NCBI GenBank assembly: GCA_010015585.1
Contig: ML975174.1
Origin: Eremomyces bilateralis CBS 781.70
Lineage: Eukaryota
Reading direction: 5' to 3' (one strand)
Length of the DNA: 64,000 nt
Under the pieces are notes generated by a model. It ran no database searches, was not told where the DNA came from, and was given only the letters and a program-made list of their open reading frames with translations. Of this stretch, positions 47,926 through 61,731 are shown one piece after another (position 1 is the first letter of the stretch; each line of letters opens with the position of its first letter). The position numbers and the translations under genes are program-made.

Positions 47926-49580
47926 TTATCCAACCAAAGGCTTAGAGCCTTTCGGAAGGCTGATCTTGTACACCAGTACCTGGTTCTGGAGGTCAAACCC
48001 AGATTCGTCCGCATATGGCAGCTTGCCACCATTCATGAAGCCTATTCCGCCAAAGTTAGCAACTGCCGAAATCCAGGTACTGTTTTAGGAGAGGATAAAG
48101 AGCGAGAGGACTTACCATGCTGCGTGATAAAGTCATTATCACTTAACATGAACATGAAATACTCGTCATCTTCATCCTCGCAATCTCGCCCATTCCTCTT
48201 CCCGTTCACCGGCACGATCGCCAACGACTCCCACTTCTCATTCAACAGTCCCGCGTCCTGCGCGCCCCCATTATGCAGCGGAATCCCCTCATACTCAAAA
48301 CTCCCCAACTGCGCATTATCATTGACATCCACAAACTCACAGTACCTCGCCGGCGTGATCCCCGCATCCAACACCCCCTCCACCACCACTGCGCACGTCG
48401 CGCAGTCCGCCTCCTCTTTCACGTCCGTCGCCCCCCCGATGTCGAAGATGTCCACCTGCCGATACCGGCTCTCCGTGGCGTCCATCCCCCGCCCGACGTC
48501 CCCGTCGCGCGACAGGACTAGGAACTGCGTCGCGCTGAGGTAGTGGATCTCGCTCTGGGCGGCGACGCGGGAGGCGCCGTCGGCGCGGGCGTAGCGTGGG
48601 AGCTGGACGACGTACTCGGCGGTGTGGCGGGGGGTGCGGCGGGAGAGGTCGTAGACGAGTAGGCGGGCGTTGAAGCGCGTGCTGGAGGAGGCGCCGTCGT
48701 TGATAAGCGCGGATTGGGTGAGGGCGTATAGCGTTTTGCCGTCGGGGGAGGCAGTCATGCCTTCGAGGCCCTGGTTGTTGTTGCGGCCGGAGAGGGGGTC
48801 GCCCGGGGTGATTTCGCGATCGGAGTCGTAGCGGGGAGGGGAGTTGGCGTTGAAGGAAACTGTGGCGTTGCGGCGTGGGAGGAAGGCGTCAGGAGGGCGG
48901 ATGGCGTCGAGCATGCGACCGTCGGCGCGGAAGCGGTATATCATGTCGCCGTATTCGTCGGAGATCCAGAAAGTGCCGTCGTCGTTGAGCACGAGGCCCT
49001 CTGAGTCGATGGACACACGGGCGGTGGTGTCGCCCGTGGTCACGGTCCCGAAGCCGTCGCCGACGTAGCTGGCCGCAGGGAGGTCGGGGAATCCGGGGAA
49101 CTGGAGCACGCCGAATGGGTCGGGGTCAAGGCCGGTGGTCGGCTCGCCGTTGGGGTCCGTCAGGAGGATGGTGTCGAGATACCGGAGGTGGACGTTCGGC
49201 TCCGCGGTCTCCTTGTCGCCCCTCCGGTGCCTCGTGCCGCCCAGATCGAGGGTGACCTGGAACTTGTGCACGCGCGGGTTGAAATTCAGCGTCCCCTCGG
49301 TGTTCCACCCACGATCGGGCAGACCCCAGAGCCGGCCGGTGTATTTGTCGCGACCGAGTTTCTTCCAGCTGCCTCGCTCGATGGCGGCCGAGGAGCCGAT
49401 GCCGCCGAGCGTGTCACCGTACTTATCGGTTAGGTTGCCAGCAAGGATCCCAGCACCGACGAGGCCGTGGTTCGTGTATGGCTTGCCATTGCAGTCGATG
49501 GTCGCTGGAGCCGTTGAGGCTTTAGTCCGAACCACCGCAGCGAGAGACGCAAGGCCGGTTAGGATGGCCAGAGAGCGCAT
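47926..49580 (-). CDS. Secreted 'esterase-like activity of phytase' family beta-propeller, 2 exons
   Basis: Signal peptide MRSLAILTGLASLAAVV; LPDRGWN, IDSEGL, FWISDEYG, RNNNQGLEGM, AAQSE, EKWESLA and SDNDFITQ. An intron GTAAGT...TAG near 48042-48115 adds the last exon ending SKPLVG*. Confidence 0.88.
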
Positions 49581-52485
49581 GTCGAAGGGAAGGCAATGGA
49601 AGGTGGTCGTGGGCCTCAATGCAAGGTATCCTGCTGCCCACCAACCCGATCTCATCGAACGAGGGTCCCATCTCTTCTTTAAAAGCCTCAGCGTCCACGA
49701 CGCTATCGTCTATTTCCGATGATCTTAGTTCGCCGGCCTCGCAGGACCCATATGCCATAGTCGACTTTTCTCTCGAGTCCCCCCATCTATGCTCTCTATC
49801 ATCGCCATCATTTGCTGGTTTTCAACTGCCCTACTCACGTCTGGCTAAAAGTGAGATGGGGCTTGAAAATAAAATTGACCGGCGCGCCATTCTAGCCAGT
49901 CAATGAAGCATGATCTACCCGGATGTCGGATGTCATGCCCATCGCCTTTGTCTATGCTCTCGGACAGCGTGGGGAGTGATTAGGGAAGCCCCTGGGTGAG
50001 GGCACGAGGGGAATCGCGGAGAGCTTATTGGCAGACAGGGGTCGAGATGGGCACGCACGCGATGGAACAATAAAGCAAGACACATTGCAGTGTTGGTATT
50101 GACGCCACCACCCCATACAAATTTGTATGAAGATGCAGTTTCACGAACAATACACCACGCAAAACAAGTGGAATTTAATCAGGCTTTTTTGAGGCTATTT
50201 GCACACAAATATTTAGTCTATATCTATGAAAACCTGGCGGTTAGCCCTGTCTTGGGCCCGCCATACCTCCTTCAAAGGCAATGAGTTGGCCTTCAGATTC
50301 AATGACTTTCCTCAACCGATCAGGCATAGTAAGGATTCGTCGGTTAATCCATTCCTAATCAAGTTTTTCATACCAGGCCTCTCGTGCTAATTGGCGTGTT
50401 TCGTGGGGCTCCCAATGCCTAAATGTCGCACGTGATGTGCTAAAATGGTTGGGAGTGAGGTGCTGTTGTTTCAGCAGCGAAGTTGTTGTATTGTGTAAGT
50501 TGTGTGTAAGTTGTGTGTTCTAGCTGAATGCCTGGTCCCCCGGCCCTACAGATATACGAGAGTCACGGCAAGATTATTAATGCAGTTTGTAGCCTTGGAC
50601 TCCTAGAGCTCATGCCTTGGCCTGCGACACTAAACTTGCGTATATATTGCTTGAGAGGTTGAAAACAGTCCTCGATGTCAGCAAGTGCTAAGCAGCCGCA
50701 TAGTGAGGGTAGGTTTTGAGGAACCGAACGTAAGTCGCTAGGGAGATTGAGTTCTTCCAAGAATATCTTCAGCGAAAGGATATACTGGTACTACGTAGGA
50801 TAGCGTGATGGAAAAGGGAAAACGCTGCTTCTACATTAGTTCTGTTGGCATCGTGTACACAAGGACCAGTGAGACAGTGCAAATGCGATCGTGGCGCAGA
50901 GGATGGCGCAGCACTCAAAGCTGGCAAACACGCAGTCTCACCTCTGCAATGCACTAATACGAAGTAGGATATCCCTCTTGTCAGGAGGACCGTACACCAA
51001 GAATAAATCGAAGAGTAAAAACCGGAAACCGATACTGCTCCTACTCGTCACTATAACGGGGGCATACACACAGCTGTTTTTGTAGAACCAACAAGATCTA
51101 TTCCTACAAGAAAGTGGCCTAAAAACAAAGATCTTTGCGATCAGTACATCTTCTTGAATGGACCAATTAGAACGCAAGATTCCTAGGTCACGTGACTGGG
51201 ATGTATGCGGGGTGCGCATCGGTCCAATGCGGACATGGAGCATTTCCCTTTTGGTCGTGTGCGGGAAAATTTCGGGCCATAATTATGTGACTTGCTTTAT
51301 TCTGACACCAGTGTGGCACGAATCACCATAAGATAATTACGGAGTTACGGGATACCGACATCAATGTGTGGCTGAGCCAATGGTGGCGAGGAAAAGCAGA
51401 TGGATCACGTGATCTGCCCAGTATTTGTTCACGTGATATACTCATTGCACCTGATGTCCTGATCTGTATTATGTCACTCGCTCACTCTCGATTCCACGAT
51501 TTGGTGCGACGAAGCCGACGATGGAGCATCAGGACGATGAGGCATCATGACGATAGGGCACCATGACACTAGCGCTGTTTGTGTAATCGGAAATGGAATC
51601 TTTATGGCAGTTAATTGAGCATCAAATGCAGCCAACCAGCAGAATGATCCAATGGAATTATTTCTATTGTGATCTCCAATAATTAGTACAGTTGAGGATG
51701 GCAGTCGATGGTGCTCTTGAATTCCACGATGCTTGGACCTTCCCTTTCAGCTTCCGGCCATCCGTTGGTTCTAGCTTACCAGTTACAACTTACAAGGCAT
51801 GCGCAGAATTCATATTTTTACTTCTTTTTAATATGAATTCGGTATTATTTAGCTGCATGGATATCATATCGAGTGGTATCGTCATAGTTTCACCTTTCCA
51901 ATTCGGGATGGGCTGGAATTCGAAAAGGGAGGAATAAGATGACCGGCACCAATCACCGACCTGCCACCCTGAACCAGCCGCATCAGGTGCAGGTGGTTTT
52001 CGTTGTTAATTCCAGGTAGACGTGAGAACGGCCGAGTCTCGCCCTGGGTGTGCCGTATGTAGTGGTGGTGGACGGGTGGTGCTCGTCAGTAGAGACAGAC
52101 AGGATCGGTGCTGCTGAGTTCCAAGGTCGGTCTCCAGTAAATCTCCATTCTCATCCATCGGTCCAGTGATCTGTCCATCTATCCATCGATCCATCCATCA
52201 TCTTCCATCATCCTCGCGTCGTAACATCCGTCGTATTCGCCGTATCCCATCATCGCCGCTGCATCCTCCATTCTCCCCCACCCACCACGGCACCACCCAT
52301 CACCACCCACAAACTCCATCACCACCATCGCGCGACATCCCGCTCGGAACGCGGCCAAGAACGCGCCAGGTTCAAGGCCGGATCGCTTGAGAGTCACCTT
52401 CACACGAGGCAGCCCATCTCTCCAGCGTCCATGGCATAAACTACGCGCGACTAAAAGACATCCATCTCGACATTGATGGTCCCGC

Positions 52486-55400
52486 ATGTACCATAGCACG
52501 GTCCAGCAGATGCGCGGAGAGGAAGTGGAGCGCGATCAAGACGTGGGAGCGCTGGGAGCAGAAGAACGATTGCATCGGCGCTTGTCGCAGGAGAGAAGAA
52601 TGGCCGGCGAACATCCTCATTCGCATCATTCTCATCGCTCTCCTCATCCTCCGCCTCCCTCCTTACCATTGCCTCCTCATCCGCAATCCACTGCACCGTC
52701 CCCTTATGTGGCCCATTCACCAACCCAATCTACCTTCAACTTCTCTCCACAGCGCCCGTCCCTCCGAAACTCCAATCCACCAACACCCGCTCCCTTGTCT
52801 CTTCATCCTCCTTTCAACAATCATCACCATCAACCTCCCTCGCCGACCGGGTCTACCCTTCCTCCCATCGCCTCCGTCTATCCCCGTGAGTCCAACCTGA
52901 CTCCGACGAACTACTACAATCGAGCCCCGGAACATGGCGATTCATCAATAGGGAGGGACAATACCCGATATTCCCATCCATATAATGCTCAGGTTTGTCC
53001 TTCAAATATTTCTCGGGACAGTAGGAATTCCGATGTTCGGAATTCCTATTGTCGCTGGTTTGGAAGTGGATCAAAGGAAATTTGCTGACAAGTGACCACC
53101 ATCATTGCAGCCCCGTGAAGCGTACCCGTATCCCGATTCACGACATTCCGAGCGGACAACGCACGATCAAACTTATCATTCACCAGTCACTTCCACTTTC
53201 CCCCAACATACGCCTTTAAATCATCAACAACCATCTCCGTATTCCGCGAACCCATCCTCCCACTCCCCGGCCTCGCCGAAAATGTACACCACATTTAATC
53301 GAGGGCCGTCGCAGCCTGCCTATGCGGCTCATGATCGAAAGCCGTCGCAGGAGGTAAGTTTGACACGTTGATGGTATTTTCGAACCGACTGACGCGATCT
53401 ATAGACACCGAGTCGAAGCAAAGATCCCATGTCGCTCTCTAGCATCATGTCGGGTCCGGACCAAGGCCCACCTCGTCCATCTCATCAGAATGATGACTTC
53501 ACGCGTCCTCACTCGCAGCAATCGAACGGCACAAGCTCGCAAGCCAAGCAGGAACCGGCTTACTCGCCCATCAAGCCCAAGAGCCCGGTTCAACCATCTC
53601 CATCGACTTTCGCGTCGATGCCCATGTCGAATGGCGACTTGAAGCACACCGACCCCGTCCGTCCTCCGCATGCCTTGATGGTCCGACAGCGACCGGATCA
53701 GCACGAGTTCGAGCAAGAACTGTCCCGGATCGATCGATTGGACGTGAATGAATCCGATGACGCGTTTGAAGACTTCAAGCGAGATTACTACAACCGAAAC
53801 TTGAAACGCATGGCTCGGGTGGAAGGAGAGGAATTCGCCCGACGAAAGGTACGAACCTCGTTCTTATTTACGACGACTCTCACTAATGCACGCAGCGTCG
53901 TCGAGTCAGCACTCTCCATCGTTACGAAATCCCCCTGACCAGCTACGCCGAACATGCGAAAGATCGCTTTTTCCGAACCTATGGTAGCAAAGCCTGGGAA
54001 GAGGTTCAACAACAGGAGATTGCAGAGGAGAAAGAACGAAAGAAGGACATGCAACGACAGCGTCGTCGTCAGAAGACGTTGCAGAACGAATCCCAGAAGC
54101 GTGACGAGGCCATGGAAAAAGCCCAACAGGCCGATGACGCCGAGGAGCGAAAACGACTCCTCCGCGAGGCGCAGAAGCATGAAAAGAAACTCCGAACCAC
54201 TACGCAGCTCCTTCAAGGCGGCGTTCCGAGCAAAGACCTTCGCGAAGTCACCCCGCTCGCCCCCAACATGGAGGGCGGTGCCATGAGCTCGTTCCAACTG
54301 GACGAGGACATTGCCACCCCTGTTCGAGAGCCCAGCGCTCGCGGACGGGGACGAGGCGGACGTCAAGGCACGCGTCCGCGGAAGAGCAAAGAGCAGAAGC
54401 AGGCCGAAAAGGATGCTGCCGCCGCCGGCCAAGCTGCCCTGGATCGTGGTGACGAACTGCCTCCCCTGGCCCCTCGTGAGGATGCCAACGCGACACCGGC
54501 TCCATCGCCCGCACCGACCAAGAAGGAGCGCTCCAAACCTGGACCCAAAGCGAAACCGGCTGAGGAACCCGCCCCTCCACCCGCAATCGTCCCATACACC
54601 TCCAAAGCGTACAATCTGCTGTACGAGAACATTTGGCGCGAGATGGCCAAGAAAGACGTCGGCAAGGTCTATCGGATCAAGGATAACTCCAGCAACACCA
54701 AGCAGTCCAACCTGCGGAAGACGGCCCAGTTGGCCAGCAAAGAAGCCCGCCGATGGCAGATGCGCACCAACAAGAGCACCAAGGACGTGCAGGCTCGCGC
54801 GAAACGCAGCATGCGTGAGATGGTGGCGTTCTGGCGTCGCAACGAACGCGACGAACGCGATCAGCGCAAGATCGCCGAGCGACAGGAGCTCGAGAACGCG
54901 AAGAAGGCCGAAGCGGACCGCGAAGCGAATCGTCAGAAGCGGAAGCTCAACTTCCTGATCTCGCAAACCGAGCTCTACTCCCATTTCATCGGCAAGAAGG
55001 TCAAGACGGACGAGGTGGAGAAGAGCACCGGTTCCGACGCGGTGGCGGTGAGCGATCAGACCGTCACCGGCGCCCCGAAAATGCACCTAGACGAAATGGC
55101 GATGGCTGGTGGCTCGAAGGTCACAGATTTCGATCAGCTCGATTTCGATGCGGATGATGAGACGGCGCTTCGCCAAGCTGCGGTCGCCAACGCCCAGAAC
55201 GCGGTGCAGGAGGCGCAAGATCGTGCCCGGGCGTTCAACCAAGACGGCGACCAGACGAGCGACATGGAGGACGGCGAAATGAATTTCCAAAATCCCACCA
55301 GCTTGCAGAGCATCGACATCCAGCAGCCGAAGATGCTGACCTGCCAGTTGAAGGAATATCAGCTCAAGGGATTGAACTGGCTCGTTAACCTGTACGAGCA

Positions 55401-58003
55401 GGGCATCAACGGCATCTTGGCCGACGAGATGGGTCTGGGGAAGACGGTGCAGAGCATCTCCGTCATGGCGTATCTGGCCGAGCAGCACGACATCTGGGGC
55501 CCGTACCTGGTGATTGCGCCCGCGTCGACTCTCCACAATTGGCAGCAGGAGATCGCGCGGTTTGTGCCCACCTTGCGCGTGCTGCCGTACTGGGGCACCG
55601 CCAAGGACCGCAAGGTGCTGCGCAAGTTCTGGGATCGCAAGCACATCGTCTACAAGAAGGAGAGTCCGTTCCACGTGTTGGTCACGTCGTATCAGCTGGT
55701 GGTGCAGGATACGCAGTACTTCCAGAAGATGCGATGGCAGTATATGATCCTGGACGAAGCGCAGGCGATCAAGTCGTCGCAGTCCTCCCGATGGAAGTCC
55801 CTGCTAGGATTCCACTGCCGCAACCGACTTTTGCTCACCGGGACGCCCATCCAGAACAACATGCAGGAGCTGTGGGCGCTGCTGCACTTCATCATGCCGT
55901 CGCTGTTCGACTCGCACGATGAGTTCTCCGACTGGTTCTCCAAGGACATCGAGTCCCACGCCCAGAGCAACACGAAGCTCAACGAAGATCAACTCAAGCG
56001 GCTGCACATGATCCTCAAGCCGTTCATGCTGCGCCGCGTCAAGAAACACGTGCAGAAGGAACTCGGCGACAAGGTGGAGCTGGACGTCTTCTGCGATCTG
56101 ACCTATCGCCAGCGGGCCTACTATACCAATCTGCGCAACAAGATCAGCCTCATGGATTTGATCGAGAAGGCTGCCAGTGGCGACGATCACGATTCGACCG
56201 CCACCCTGATGAACCTCGTCATGCAGTTCCGGAAGGTCTGCAACCATCCTGACCTGTTCGAACGCGCCGACACGTCCAGCCCATTCGCGCTCAGTGCGTT
56301 CGCCGACACCGCGAGCTTCATGCGCGAGGGCAACAACGTCCAGGTCGCGTACTCGGTGCGCAACCTCATCACGCTGTCCCTCCCTCGCTTGGTCTATTCC
56401 GGATCCGGGCGACTGGATCTCCCTGGCCCCGACAACGAGCGCGCCGGGTGGCGCACGAAGTTCCTCGAGAACACGACGAGCATCTGGGGCGCCGACAACG
56501 TGCTGTATAGCGCCCGCGGCAATGGTGCGTTCAGCTTCGCGCCCCTTGCGGACGTCAGCCCTGCGGAAGTGTCGCGAGCTGCGCGACTCGATATCGCGGC
56601 GCGCGCGATCCTGCTCCGACAAGATGAGGGCCTTCGAGCGCGTCTCGGCAGGATGAACTGTCTGGACAAGGACGCCGGGTCGCCTATGCACGCGCTGTTG
56701 AACGTGTCCGAATATAATGATTGGAAGGCCACGGCGGAGGTCGGGACCGGACGGCTGGCGGACCTGTTGACGATTTCCAAGTCGTCATTCAGGCGGACCG
56801 GGCTCTCGTACATCGAACCGTGTGCACGACCCGCTGTCCACGCTCCTCCGATCGATGTCGATTGCTCGAGCCAGCATGCTCTGGTGGAACGGCAGCGGGT
56901 CCTCTTCAATGCTCCCCTTCGCGCCGCACTTTACGGCGTCTCCGAGCAAACCGAGGTGGCCCTCTTGGAGAAAAAGGTCCCGGTCGAACGCTTCCCGGTC
57001 TTCGGCATGCTTCCCGAAGCGGTCAACCGCAAGAGCCGGTTCACGCACGTCCAAGTGCCCAGCATGAGTCGCTTCGTCTCTGACTCGGGCAAGTTGGCCC
57101 GACTGGACGCGCTCCTCAAAGAGCTCAAGGAGAACAACCACCGCGTGCTCCTCTACTTCCAGATGACGCGTATGATCGACATGATGGAAGAATATCTCAC
57201 CTTCCGCGGCTACAAGTACTGCCGACTCGACGGGTCCACCAAGCTCGAAGACCGCCGCGACACCGTCGCCGACTTCCAAACCCGCCCGGAGATCTTCGTC
57301 TTCCTCCTCTCCACGCGCGCCGGCGGCCTTGGCATCAATCTCACCTCCGCTGACACCGTCATCTTCTACGACAGCGACTGGAACCCGACGATCGACTCGC
57401 AGGCCATGGACCGCGCGCATCGCCTCGGCCAGACCAAGCAGGTCACCGTGTACCGGCTCATCACGCGCAACACGATCGAGGAGCGCATCCGCAAGCGCGC
57501 GCTGCAGAAGGAGGAGGTGCAGCGCGTCGTCATCTCCGGGCAGGCGTCGGCCGGGGTGGACTTCAACACGCGGTCGCGCGAGAACCGCGCGAAGGACATG
57601 GCACTGTGGTTGGCAGACGACGAGCAGGCGGAGATTATTGAGCGGAAGGAGCGGGAGAGGGCGGAGATGGCGGAGAAAGAGGGGCCGATGGGAGGGCGGA
57701 AGAAGAAGGCGGGGAAGAAGAGAGGAGAAATGAGTCTAGATGAGATGTATCATGAAGGTGTGTATCCTACTCCTTCCTACCCTTTCACTACCACTTCCCA
57801 CACGGAACGCAAGAAGAAAGGACATATGCTAACATCCGGAACTAGGCGAAGGTCATTTCGACGACGCGTCGGCGAAGCCGTCCGGTGCGGCGACCCCCGT
57901 ATCCGGGGCGGAGCTCGCGAGCGCGAAGCGGAAGAAGGGGACGAGCAAGAAGGCGAAGACAATCAAGCAGCGGCTGGCGATCATCGATGGGAGCGCGGAG
58001 TAG
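52486..58003 (+). CDS. INO80: Chromatin-remodelling ATPase INO80, 5 exons
   Basis: DBINO region ([23 protein letters not shown]), SNF2 motifs [40 protein letters not shown] and [11 protein letters not shown] with the long split-ATPase insertion. Introns near 52993-53110, 53354-53404, 53849-53895 and 57758-57845. Confidence 0.97.
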
Positions 58004-58507
58004 TGGTGCTGTTTTCGGTTCGTGGATGGCTTTTCGTGGTGGATTCTCGAGGGGATCCTCCGGTAGAGAGGGGCGTGCGGATGGAGGGGTTGTAGACGGC
58101 GTGCCATGGTGGTGGGAGTAGATGGATCGCATGTTCCCGCCGTCTGCGGAGTGGCTTTCTTTGTGGGTGGGCGCCGTATGGTGCTGGCGGCCTTCGCTGG
58201 ATAGTTATAGCGTGAGGATAAAAGTAACTAGATGCGTGTGTTAATCGGCATGGGTCATGGGTATCATTGTACGATTACGGTAGATGGTTTCGGAGAATAC
58301 AGTACAGGTTTCGTCGGAATATGGTGCATTTGTTGGGTGGTGATCAGGGCACGAGCAGCATGATGGTTGTCAGTTAATCGCAATAGAATTCGCTAGTTAT
58401 AGAAAAGTAGATGGTCGAATCGAAGCGTGCTAGAATTATAATCGAACCACTGGCAAAATGCAGTGATTTTTATGTATACAGAACTCTGGATATCTCCAAA
58501 CGAAACC

Positions 58508-59602
58508 TCACTCCTCGTCCTCTGCAACGACGCCCAACTCCCCACACGCCAACCCCTCCATCATCTCCGCCACCTCCTCCCCCCGCTGCTCTAACACCCA
58601 CTCCATCGTCTGCGCGAATGTCTCCCCATTGTTCTCAAACCAGTCCCCCAGCCCCTTCACATACGTCTCCACCTGGCGCTTCAACGGTGCGTGGTCCTTC
58701 AGCCACAGCAGCGCCTCCGGATCCAGCTTCAGCATGTCCTCTACCACGTAGTAGTGCAGCACCTCGTCGCCCCAGCCTTCCGCCCCGGGCTCGTGGTACG
58801 TTGTCGGGTTATACTTGGACAGTTGGAACTTGCGGATCGCCGCCGGGGTGTGCTCGATGTGCGTGTAGAAGAGGCTCGCGTCGTTCTGCTGGCGATGGAA
58901 CTCGGACGGCGAGGTCTCGCGCAGTCGCGCCGGCGCCTCCGGGTAGTTCAGATGGATGTTGAACAGCAAGTTCCCGCGGTCAGCGTCGGGGAAGCGGTTG
59001 CGGTACTTCCGGGCGATGGCGCCGTTGGACGGGCAGATGCTGGTGTGGATGACGTCGCGCAGGACGGACTGGACGTCGGCGATCTCGGCGAGGTGGGTGG
59101 TCGGCCAGTTGTGCAGGAGGTCGGCGCGGTCGGCGACGGTGCGGGGGAGGAGGCGGTCCTCGCGGGGGTGGGCCGGGGTATGGAAAGCGCGGTCGAAGAG
59201 CCAGAGGCGGTAGAGGGCGCGGCGGAAGCGGTGACGCTCGGGCTGGGTGAGGAGGCGGCGGTCTTCGTAGTTGGACTTCCATTTCTTAAGGGGGTAGATG
59301 GCGGTCCAGCGGGCGGCGATACGGCCGACGTGGACAAGCTGCTGGAGGAGGGCGAGAGAGAGGGGGACGGAGCGAGGGAGGTGGGCGGGTTGGCTTTCGT
59401 TGTGGGTGAGGAGCTGGATGGCGTCGTGGAGGGGGCCGTATTGCTTCTCGGCGGCGTGCTCCAGTATCTCGAGCTTGCGAGAGGCGAAGATGCGGTGGAA
59501 GCGGTGGCAGGTGGAGGCCAGTGCGAGGGCATCGGAAACAGAACGACAGTTATAGAAAACGGAGAGGATCAACTCCGTGGCGAGGTCTTCGCTGAACAAC
59601 AT
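58508..59602 (-). CDS. F-box-like domain protein
   Basis: N-terminal DLATELILSVFYNC...DALALASTCHRFHRIF; ERHRFRRALYRLW; codon-biased 364-aa ORF. Confidence 0.75.
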   Translation of the reverse strand: MLFSEDLATELILSVFYNCRSVSDALALASTCHRFHRIFASRKLEILEHAAEKQYGPLHDAIQLLTHNESQPAHLPRSVPLSLALLQQLVHVGRIAARWTAIYPLKKWKSNYEDRRLLTQPERHRFRRALYRLWLFDRAFHTPAHPREDRLLPRTVADRADLLHNWPTTHLAEIADVQSVLRDVIHTSICPSNGAIARKYRNRFPDADRGNLLFNIHLNYPEAPARLRETSPSEFHRQQNDASLFYTHIEHTPAAIRKFQLSKYNPTTYHEPGAEGWGDEVLHYYVVEDMLKLDPEALLWLKDHAPLKRQVETYVKGLGDWFENNGETFAQTMEWVLEQRGEEVAEMMEGLACGELGVVAEDEE

Positions 59603-60234
59603 GGTGATGGAAAGTCGAGTACGAGTCGAGTACGGAGTAACAAAGGCAATTTAGAGATTTTTTTTTTAAGTGCAATTTGGTTTATGAAACAAGAGAAATG
59701 GTCAAACTCCTTTTGAGTTTTCTTTCGCGTCTTTGCGATGGTTGCAAGACGGATTCACGATCTGCTACAGGATGCCAGTTGCCGCAACGATTCGAGCAAC
59801 TGGCCAACAACAACAGATCAAGACACACACACCCCTCCGTTGGGGCTATAAAAAGAGTGACAATCATTGTCGATGAAGATGTGATAGGAAATTTGAAGCC
59901 CCGAAGGGCTGGAAAGCCTCAAAGGGCTAGATGGAGTATAACGCGTCATATTGTCGAATGGTGGTGAGAAGAAAGGAAGAAAGGAGCGCGACGTTGATGT
60001 TTAATACGATAGAGATGACAGGCCTGAGGCTATAAGGCTGAAACATAAGCTGAGGCCACAAGGCGTCTATACAATCTGGATCCTCCATAGCGGCGAAACC
60101 TTATTCCGGTCTCCATATTTATTACCAGGAACCCCTGTTGAGATTTTCGATCTCGACGGTATCAAAGTTTCCTTTGCGCCTGCCGTTAGAAGAATTCCGT
60201 CCTATCTTCAACATCTTCAAAGTTAAAAAACGTC

Positions 60235-61276
60235 ATGGCTGCAGTATACAAGTCGCTGACTAACGGCCACTCCAAAGGCTCGGGAGAAGGCCCCGCGTTG
60301 AGGAAAGACAACCGACAGAAAGTCCTATTGTTAAGTTCAAGAGGGGTCACCTACAGGTATGGAAAGTTGTATCGTCTTGAAAGCACACAGTTAACTCGAT
60401 GAAACGAATCTAGGCACCGACACTTGCTCAATGATCTCCATGCGCTTCTCCCTCATAGCCGACGAGAGTCCAAACTCGACACAAAAACCAAACTCTACCA
60501 GTTGAACGAACTGGCCGAACTCTACAACTGCAACAATGTCCTGTTCTTCGAAGCCAGGAAAGGCAAGGACCTCTATCTATGGCTGAGCAAGCCTCCCAAC
60601 GGCCCGACCATCAAGATGCACGTTCAGAACCGTATGCGCCTCTCATAACCAATCGTCGCAGAAAAACCGCTAATATGCCCCAGTCCACACCATGGACGAA
60701 CTCCACTTCACCGGCAACTGCCTCAAAGGCTCCCGCCCCATCCTCTCCTTCGACGGCGCCTTCGACTCCGCCCCCCACCTCCAACTCCTCAAAGAAATCT
60801 TCACTCACACCTTCGGCGTGCCCCCCGGCGCCCGCAAATCCAAGCCCTTCATCGACCATGTCCTCTCCTTCACCATCCTGGACGGAAAGATCTGGATCCG
60901 CTGCTTCCAGATCGGCGAGACCGAGTCCACCGACAAGAAGAGCGCCCTGGCTGAGGACGGTGCGTTGCCGCTCCCGAAATCCGCGAAACGCGGTGACACC
61001 AACGTCAGCCTCGTGGAGATCGGCCCGCGGTTCGTGCTGACGCCGATCGTGATGCTGGAATCGAGCTTCGGGGGCCCTGTGATCTACGAGAACAAGGAGT
61101 TCGTGTCGCCGAACCAGGTGCGGTCGGAGCTGCGGATGTCGAAGGCGGGGCGGTTCCAGAGTCGGGCGAAGGCGGGCGGGGATAGGAAGGCGAGGATTGC
61201 GGAGTTGGGGCTGTCGACGGAGGCGGCAGGGAAGGGACCGAAGGATCCGTTGGATGAGAAGGTGTTGTTTTCTTGA
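60235..61276 (+). CDS. BRX1: Ribosome biogenesis protein Brx1 (Brix domain), 3 exons
   Basis: VLLLSSRGVTYR-HRHLLNDL, ELYNCNNVLFFEARK, HTMDELHFTGNCLKGSRPILSFD and LVEIGPRFVL. Confidence 0.97.
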
Positions 61277-61731
61277 GGTGGGGGGTTGAGTCGTGTTCGA
61301 TGAGGCTTCCGGAGTGCAGCAGACCCATTACACAACTGCGCTTGTTGCGACCTGGTATCAGTATCATTCTACGAGGATCGGCCTAATAGAGCTGGTCCAA
61401 GCACCATTCGAGTATCAGAGAATGGAGCTGCTAGACCATGATTGCTGTCTAGGTCTGCTCCGAAAGGGTTAGGTCAAGTCTATCAGCCCTATGGATGAGC
61501 ATTGGGCTATTGAGTTCAATGGAAAGATACCCAAAATGTTACAGGTCAATTGGTGTAGCTAAGGTTCGAGTGACCAACCACAAATCGTGTACAATTGCAC
61601 CGAACGACGGGTCTTCGTCCCTTTGGACGACCTTATGATTACATGGATTTTGTTACAATGTCGGAGTAGAACAATCCCAGACCCAACACCAGCGCTGAAA
61701 TATCGGAAAGGATCCCATGCATGACTTTTCC

